Shown: piece after piece, positions 59,015 through 64,000 of the stretch
Layout: every line of letters begins with the position of its first letter
How positions within the stretch are numbered: the stretch's first letter is position 1
Origin: Euzebyales bacterium
Lineage (GTDB): Bacteria; Actinomycetota; Nitriliruptoria; Euzebyales; JAHELV01
Length of the DNA: 64,000 nucleotides
Direction of reading: 5' to 3'
Assembly: GCA_035461305.1 (NCBI GenBank)
Contig: DATHVN010000036.1
Location: 9,977-73,976, forward strand
The notes under the pieces: model-generated
Told to the model about the DNA's origin: nothing
The model's input: only the letters and a program-made list of their open reading frames with translations
The model's database searches: none
Position numbers and translations under genes: made by a program

Positions 59015-60097
59015 TCAGACGCGGGAGGCGAGGTCCGCCGCGCGCTCGCGGGTCAGCTCGACCGGCCGGTCCAGGCCGCCGGCGCCGAGCACCGCGACGT
59101 CGTCGAACAGCTCGGCGCCGCGCCCTTTCACCTGCCCGGCAACCGCGAGCACGCGTGCGCCGGCGTCGCGCGCCGCACTGGCGATGAAGGCCGGGGTCTT
59201 GCCGGACAGGGTCTGGTCGTCGAGCCGCCCCTCGCCGGCGATGACGACCTCGGCGCCGCGGATGTGGCCGTAGAGCCCGACCAGGTCCGCAACGGCTGCG
59301 GCGCCGCTGGCCATGCTGGCACCGCAGAACGCCATGAGCCCGAAACCCAGCCCGCCGGCCGCACCGGCGCCGCCGAGGTCACGCCACGGCCCGCCGGGCA
59401 CGTCGCGCTCGACGACGTCGGCGAAGTGCGCCAGCGCCCGTTCGAGCACCGGAAGGTCGTCCGCGCCCGCGCCCTTCTGCGGGGCGAAGACCGCGACCGC
59501 GCCACGCGCGCCCAGCAGTGGGTTGTCGACGTCGCTCACGATGGTGATCGGCGGCCCCGTGCGCGCGGCCAGCTCCAGGTGGTCGAGGTCCACGAGGTAC
59601 CGCGCTCCGACCTTCACGCCGTTGCCGTCCGCGCGCAGCAGCCGATGGCCCAGCGCCAGAGCCATGCCGGCGCCGCCGTCACTGGTCGCACTGCCGCCGA
59701 GACCGATGAGGATCTCCGCGTGCCCCGTCCGCTCCACGGCGTCGAGTAGTTGACCGACGCCGTAGCTCGTGGCCAGAAGCGGATCGCGCTGCGTCTCGTC
59801 GAGCCAGGCCAGGCCACAGGCCTCCGCGGCCTCGATGACGGCCCGGCCGTCCGGCAGGCGCAACCACCGCGCGGTGCGGGCCCGGCCGCGCGCGTCCGCG
59901 ACCTCGACTGTCATCTCGTCAGCGTCGGGCACGGCGAAGGCCACGACGTCGAGCGTCCCGGCCCCGCCGTCGGCCATCGGCACGACCATGACCTCGTCGT
60001 CGGGCCGCACCGACCGCCAGCCCGCTGCGATCGCGTCACCGGCGCGCGCGGCCGACATCGTGCCGGCGAACTTGTCCGGCGCCACCACGACCTTCAT
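59015..60097 (-). CDS. glxK: Glycerate kinase
   Basis: 'KVVVAPDKFAGTMSA', 'PMADGGAGT', 'LIGLGGSATSDGGAGM', 'DVDNPLLG' and 'GEGRLDDQTLSGKTP'. Confidence 0.85.
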   Translation of the reverse strand: MKVVVAPDKFAGTMSAARAGDAIAAGWRSVRPDDEVMVVPMADGGAGTLDVVAFAVPDADEMTVEVADARGRARTARWLRLPDGRAVIEAAEACGLAWLDETQRDPLLATSYGVGQLLDAVERTGHAEILIGLGGSATSDGGAGMALALGHRLLRADGNGVKVGARYLVDLDHLELAARTGPPITIVSDVDNPLLGARGAVAVFAPQKGAGADDLPVLERALAHFADVVERDVPGGPWRDLGGAGAAGGLGFGLMAFCGASMASGAAAVADLVGLYGHIRGAEVVIAGEGRLDDQTLSGKTPAFIASAARDAGARVLAVAGQVKGRGAELFDDVAVLGAGGLDRPVELTRERAADLASRV

Positions 60098-60144
60098 GGC
60101 ACCCGCCACCTGCAACGACCGATCGAGCTCGTTCGGGGCACGAC

Positions 60145-61278
60145 CTAGTCCCGTGGATCGGCGTCGACGAAGGGCGGACGCACGACCGTCGCCGGCAGCT
60201 CGCGTCCACGCACGTCGATCACGACGTGGTCGCCGACGGCGACGGAGACGTCAAGGTATGCCAAGGCGATCCCCGTGCCCAGCGTCGGTGAGAACGACCC
60301 ACTCGTCGTGCGCCCCACCTCGGCGCCGTCGACGAGGACAGCCTGATCCGCGCGCGGTACGCCGCGTCCCGTGGCGCGCAGCCCGCGCAGCCTGCGGGTG
60401 ACCTGCTCGTGGGCAGCGCGCACCGGCCCCGCACCACGGAAGTCGGTCTCGGCGGCCACCGCGAACCACAGGCCCGCCTCTGCCGGGGTCGTGCCGGTGT
60501 GCAGCTCGTGTCCGTGCAGGGGGTAACCCATCTCCAGGCGCAGCAGGTCCCGGGCACCCAGTCCCGCCGGTGCCGCGCCGTCAGCAGCCAGCAGCCGGTC
60601 CCACAGGTCGCCCGCGCGGGCGGCCGGCACGACGACCTCGTAGCCGCGCTCCCCGGTGTAGCCGCTGCGTGCGATCAGGCCCTCGTCCAAGTCCTCGTGG
60701 ACCGCGGCGGCGCCCGTGTCGCTCGCGGCTGGGCCGGGCGACGGCACGTCCAGTGGGCGGCAGTCGAGGAACGCCATGCCGTGCACGTCCAGACCGGCCG
60801 TCAGCGCGACGTCGACCGATGCGGGCCCCTGGACCGCGATGCACGCGTAGGCGTCGTTGCGGTCCACGATCCGCGGGTCGCCAGGACCGTCGGCGACGCT
60901 GGCCCGGACCGCGTCGACGTTGGCCGCGTTGCAGATCACCAGGTAGGCGTGGTCGAGCCTGTACACGAGCAGGTCGTCGACGATCCCCCCGCGGTCGTCG
61001 CAGCACAGCGTGTAGTGGGCGCGCCCGGTGCGCAGGCGCTCGATGTCGTTGGTGAAGGCGTGCTGCAGCGCGTCGGCGGCACCGTCACCGGCCACCGTGA
61101 ACATGCCGAGGTGGGACAGGTCGAACACGCCGCACGCGGTGCGCACCGCATCATGCTCGGCCACGACGCTGCCGTAGTCCAGTGCCATCTCCCACCCAGC
61201 GAACGCGGTCAGCTTCGCACCGAGGCCACGGTGTCGGTCATCCAACGGGGACTGGCGCAAGGCCGCATCGGAGGGCAT
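60145..61278 (-). CDS. gcvT: Glycine cleavage system aminomethyltransferase GcvT
   Basis: 377 aa with 'HRGLGAKLTAFAGWEMALDY', 'VFDLSHLGMF', 'SGYTGERGYEV' and 'LRLEMGYPLHGHEL'. Confidence 0.9.
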   Translation of the reverse strand: MPSDAALRQSPLDDRHRGLGAKLTAFAGWEMALDYGSVVAEHDAVRTACGVFDLSHLGMFTVAGDGAADALQHAFTNDIERLRTGRAHYTLCCDDRGGIVDDLLVYRLDHAYLVICNAANVDAVRASVADGPGDPRIVDRNDAYACIAVQGPASVDVALTAGLDVHGMAFLDCRPLDVPSPGPAASDTGAAAVHEDLDEGLIARSGYTGERGYEVVVPAARAGDLWDRLLAADGAAPAGLGARDLLRLEMGYPLHGHELHTGTTPAEAGLWFAVAAETDFRGAGPVRAAHEQVTRRLRGLRATGRGVPRADQAVLVDGAEVGRTTSGSFSPTLGTGIALAYLDVSVAVGDHVVIDVRGRELPATVVRPPFVDADPRD

Positions 61279-61437
61279 GGGGTTCCTTCGGTACGTGGGG
61301 TTGGACGACGCCCGTTAGGGGGCGGACCGGCCGTCGGTGACCGCGGGGACGGTTTCAAAATGGGGAGCCTAAAGCATTCACACCCTGGCTAAGATCATCC
61401 CCGGTGCCCCCGCGACCGCGACGCAAGGAGCTGGAAC

Positions 61438-62844
61438 ATGTCGGAGACCACCGAATTGGTCGTGCTCGGTGGAGGTACCGGCGGGTACTCGACCGCACTG
61501 TTCGCCGCCAACCTCGGGGTGGAGGTGACGCTCGTCGAGAAGGCCAAGGTCGGTGGCACCTGCCTGCACTGGGGATGCATCCCGACCAAGTCGATGCTGC
61601 ACGCGGCACAGGTTGCAGAGCACGCGCAGCATGCTGACGACTTCGGGGTCAGGGCGTCGTATGACGGCGTCGACGTCCCGGCCCTGCATGAGTTCAAGGA
61701 TGGCGTCGTCAACGCCAGCTACAAGGGCCTGCAGGCGACGATGAAGAGCAAGGGGGTCGAGACCGTCATCGGCCGTGGCGTGCTCAAGGATGCCAACACC
61801 GTCGTGGTCGAGACCGACGAGGGCGAGCGCACGATCACCGGTTCACGTGGTCTCGTGCTGGCCACCGGATCGGTCCCGCGTGACGTGCCGGTCGAGGGTG
61901 CCGAGATAGACGGCGAGGTCATCATCAACTCGGACCACGCGCTGTACATGGACGGGATGCCCGAGAAGCCCATCGTGCTGGGTGCCGGCGCGATCGGCGT
62001 CGAGTTCGCCACGGTGTGGAACGCGTTCGGGGCCGATGTCACGATCGTCGAGATGCTCGACAACGTCGTGCCCAACGAGGACGTCGACAGCCAGAAGATG
62101 CTCAACCGCCTGCTCCGACGCCGCGGGATGGACGTGCAGGCGAAGACGAAGCTCGTGAAGGTCGAGCGAGGCGACGGCGGCCTGCGGGCAACCGTCGAGA
62201 ACGCGAAGGGCGAGCAGTCCCAGATCGAAGGCGACACACTGATGGTTGCCACCGGCCGCCGCCCGGTCACCGAGGACATGGGCTTCGAGGACGCCGGCGT
62301 GACGCTGGACGGCGGCTACGTCGTGGTCGACGAGTACTGCCGTCCGGGACCGGACAAGCTGTGGGCCGTCGGCGACATCCTGCCGCTGTACACGCTGGGC
62401 CTGGCCCACTCGTCGTTCCAGGAGGGCAGGCTCGTCGCGCAGCTCGCTGCGGGCCGGAGCGCCGCACCCATCGACTACAAGGGTGTGCCCCGGGTGACCT
62501 ACTGCCACCCGGAGGTGGCCAGCGTCGGCTGGAACTCGCAGGACCTCGACGAGCAGGGCATCGAGTACGAGACGAGCACCTACCCCTACTCTCACAATGC
62601 CCGCGCCATGGGCATGAAGGAGGGCGGCCAGGTCAAGGTCATCGCCGAGCCCGACGGGGGGCGGGTGCTTGGCATCCACATCGTCGGTCCTCATGCGACC
62701 GACCTCATCGCCGAGGGGCAGCTCATCTACAACTGGGAGGCTCTGCCGATGGAGGTCGGCCAGTTCATCCACCCGCACCCAACACTCTCGGAGGCCGTCG
62801 GTGAGGCCCACCTGGCGCTCGTCGGCATGGGCCTGCACGGGTGA
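61438..62844 (+). CDS. lpdA: Dihydrolipoyl dehydrogenase (E3)
   Basis: 'VVLGGGTGGY', the redox-active 'GGTCLHWGCIPTK', 'GAGAIGVEFA' and 'HPHPTLSEA'. Confidence 0.9.
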   Translation: MSETTELVVLGGGTGGYSTALFAANLGVEVTLVEKAKVGGTCLHWGCIPTKSMLHAAQVAEHAQHADDFGVRASYDGVDVPALHEFKDGVVNASYKGLQATMKSKGVETVIGRGVLKDANTVVVETDEGERTITGSRGLVLATGSVPRDVPVEGAEIDGEVIINSDHALYMDGMPEKPIVLGAGAIGVEFATVWNAFGADVTIVEMLDNVVPNEDVDSQKMLNRLLRRRGMDVQAKTKLVKVERGDGGLRATVENAKGEQSQIEGDTLMVATGRRPVTEDMGFEDAGVTLDGGYVVVDEYCRPGPDKLWAVGDILPLYTLGLAHSSFQEGRLVAQLAAGRSAAPIDYKGVPRVTYCHPEVASVGWNSQDLDEQGIEYETSTYPYSHNARAMGMKEGGQVKVIAEPDGGRVLGIHIVGPHATDLIAEGQLIYNWEALPMEVGQFIHPHPTLSEAVGEAHLALVGMGLHG

Positions 62845-62897
62845 CCATGAAGCGTTCGACCGAACACATGCCCTCGTGAACACAAAGGAGCGCACCC

Positions 62898-64000
62898 GTG
62901 GCCACTGAAGTCACACTGCCGGAGCTCGGCGAGTCTGTCACCGAGGGCACGATCACCGAGTGGCTGGTCGACGTCGGCGACGAGGTCAGCGAGGACGACC
63001 CGCTGTTCGAGCTGTCGTCAGACAAGATCGACACCGAGGTCCCGTCACCCGCCAGTGGCATCCTGAAGGAGATCAAGGTCGACGTCGACGAGACCGTCGA
63101 AGTCGGCACCGTCGTGGCCATCATCGGTTCGGATGGCGGCGGCGATCAGGAGGTGTCCGGCGACACGGCGGCCGAGGAGGCGGAGGCCACCGAGGACGCC
63201 GCGACCGACACCGAGGCCGACCAGCGCGCCCCAAGCGAGGAGGCCCGCCCGGCCCGCGCCGGCACCGCGAGCACCGGCAACGGCGGTGTGGCCGGCGGCG
63301 ACGCGCTCATGTCCCCGATCGTGAGGCGGATGATCGCCGATCACGACCTCGATCCCGAGCAGATCCAGGGCTCCGGCCAGGGTGGGCGCATCACCCGCGA
63401 CGACGTCGAGGCGGCGATCGGCAGCGGTGGCGCCGCCGGCCGGGCGGACGCCCCGACCGAGGCGAAGGCCGCGAAGCCGTCGAAGCCGAAGAAGCGTGAG
63501 GCGGCCGAGGAGGGCCCGGCCTTCGAGCCCGGCGAGCGTGAACGCGTCGAGAAGCTCAGCCGGATCAGGCAGCGCATCGCGGCGAAGATGCAGGAGTCGC
63601 TGACCAACACGGCGCAGCTGACGACGGTGCAGGAAGCCGACATGAGCCGCATCATGCGGCTGCGGGCCCAGCACAAGGACGAGTTCAAGCGGCGGGAGGG
63701 CGCCTCGCTCTCACCGTTCGTGTTCCTCGTCCGCGCGGCGATCCTCGCGATCAAGCGGCACCCCACGGTCAATGCGAAGGTCGACTGGGACGCCGGCGAG
63801 GTGCTGTACCGGGAGTACGTGAACCTGGGCATCGCGGTCGACACCGAGAAGGGCCTGCTGGTCCCCAACATCAAGAACGCCGACGACCTGACGCTGGCAG
63901 CGCTCGCCCGCAACATCGCCGATGTCGCCGGCAGGGCGCGCCGCAAGGGCCAGCTCGAGATGTCCGACATCCAGGGCGGCACCTTCACGGTGACCAACAC
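62898..64000 (+). CDS. sucB: Dihydrolipoamide acyltransferase E2 (SucB/DlaT-like), 3'-truncated by the window end
   Basis: Not in the ORF track because no stop falls inside the window. GTG at 62898 is preceded by AAAGGAG. My own translation gives a lipoyl domain 'LPELGESVTEGTITEWL...SDKIDTEVPSPASG', an E3-binding domain 'SPIVRRMIADHDLDPEQIQGSGQGGRITRDDV' and the start of the catalytic domain 'LSRIRQRIAAKM...GIAVDTEKGLLVPNI'. Confidence 0.88.
   Translation, partial: MATEVTLPELGESVTEGTITEWLVDVGDEVSEDDPLFELSSDKIDTEVPSPASGILKEIKVDVDETVEVGTVVAIIGSDGGGDQEVSGDTAAEEAEATEDAATDTEADQRAPSEEARPARAGTASTGNGGVAGGDALMSPIVRRMIADHDLDPEQIQGSGQGGRITRDDVEAAIGSGGAAGRADAPTEAKAAKPSKPKKREAAEEGPAFEPGERERVEKLSRIRQRIAAKMQESLTNTAQLTTVQEADMSRIMRLRAQHKDEFKRREGASLSPFVFLVRAAILAIKRHPTVNAKVDWDAGEVLYREYVNLGIAVDTEKGLLVPNIKNADDLTLAALARNIADVAGRARRKGQLEMSDIQGGTFTVTN

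Noticed and set aside
61279-61437. Glycine riboswitch expected upstream of gcvT
   Set aside because: The minus-strand leader lacks the conserved GGAGAG...ACCGAAGGGGCAA...CUCAGGCAAAAGGAC cores. Only a chance 'CACCGACGG' and 'ACCGAAGGA' occur, and the latter is the RBS. The locally AT-richer patch with a TAAGAT (-10-like) hexamer is more likely shared promoter DNA for gcvT and lpdA. I could not support a specific promoter call.

Overview
This is a gene-dense, high-GC (roughly 70% by eye) chromosomal segment that looks like Actinomycetota. I saw no rRNA, tRNA, CRISPR array, transposase or integrase. The centre (about 18.1-38.9 kb) is an alpha-glucan/trehalose supercluster: a decayed glgP lies divergent from glgE-treS-(mak-glgB), followed by treZ and a convergent glgX-treY. 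A geranylgeranyl-reductase-family gene and an orphan nuoM-like gene sit inside the cluster. The flanks carry housekeeping genes in an order that recalls Mycobacterium Rv2187-Rv2215 and Streptomyces: fadD, hemQ, hup, gltB, two ABC ATPase genes, a PgpH-like 7TM-HD protein, an aldehyde dehydrogenase, a PimB'-like GT4, an M48 protease, a CPA2-USP antiporter, a DEDD/GIY-YIG nuclease, trpD, korAB, erpA, gcvT and lpdA plus an E2 gene. Main observations: (1) maltokinase and GlgB are read as a single 1214-aa ORF; (2) four or five genes (glgP, photolyase, an SLC12-like transporter, an FNT channel, perhaps a lipoprotein) are broken mostly by apparent 1-nt indels, and the photolyase also by a large internal deletion, while long neighbouring genes are intact; (3) two hairpin-containing intergenic tandem repeats (60/61 bp and 53 bp) lie upstream of operon starts; (4) an orphan nuoM with its charged channel residues intact appears co-transcribed with treZ; (5) a degenerate receiver-domain gene overlaps trpD by GTGA. 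All calls come from reading the translations and DNA by eye. No database searches were run.
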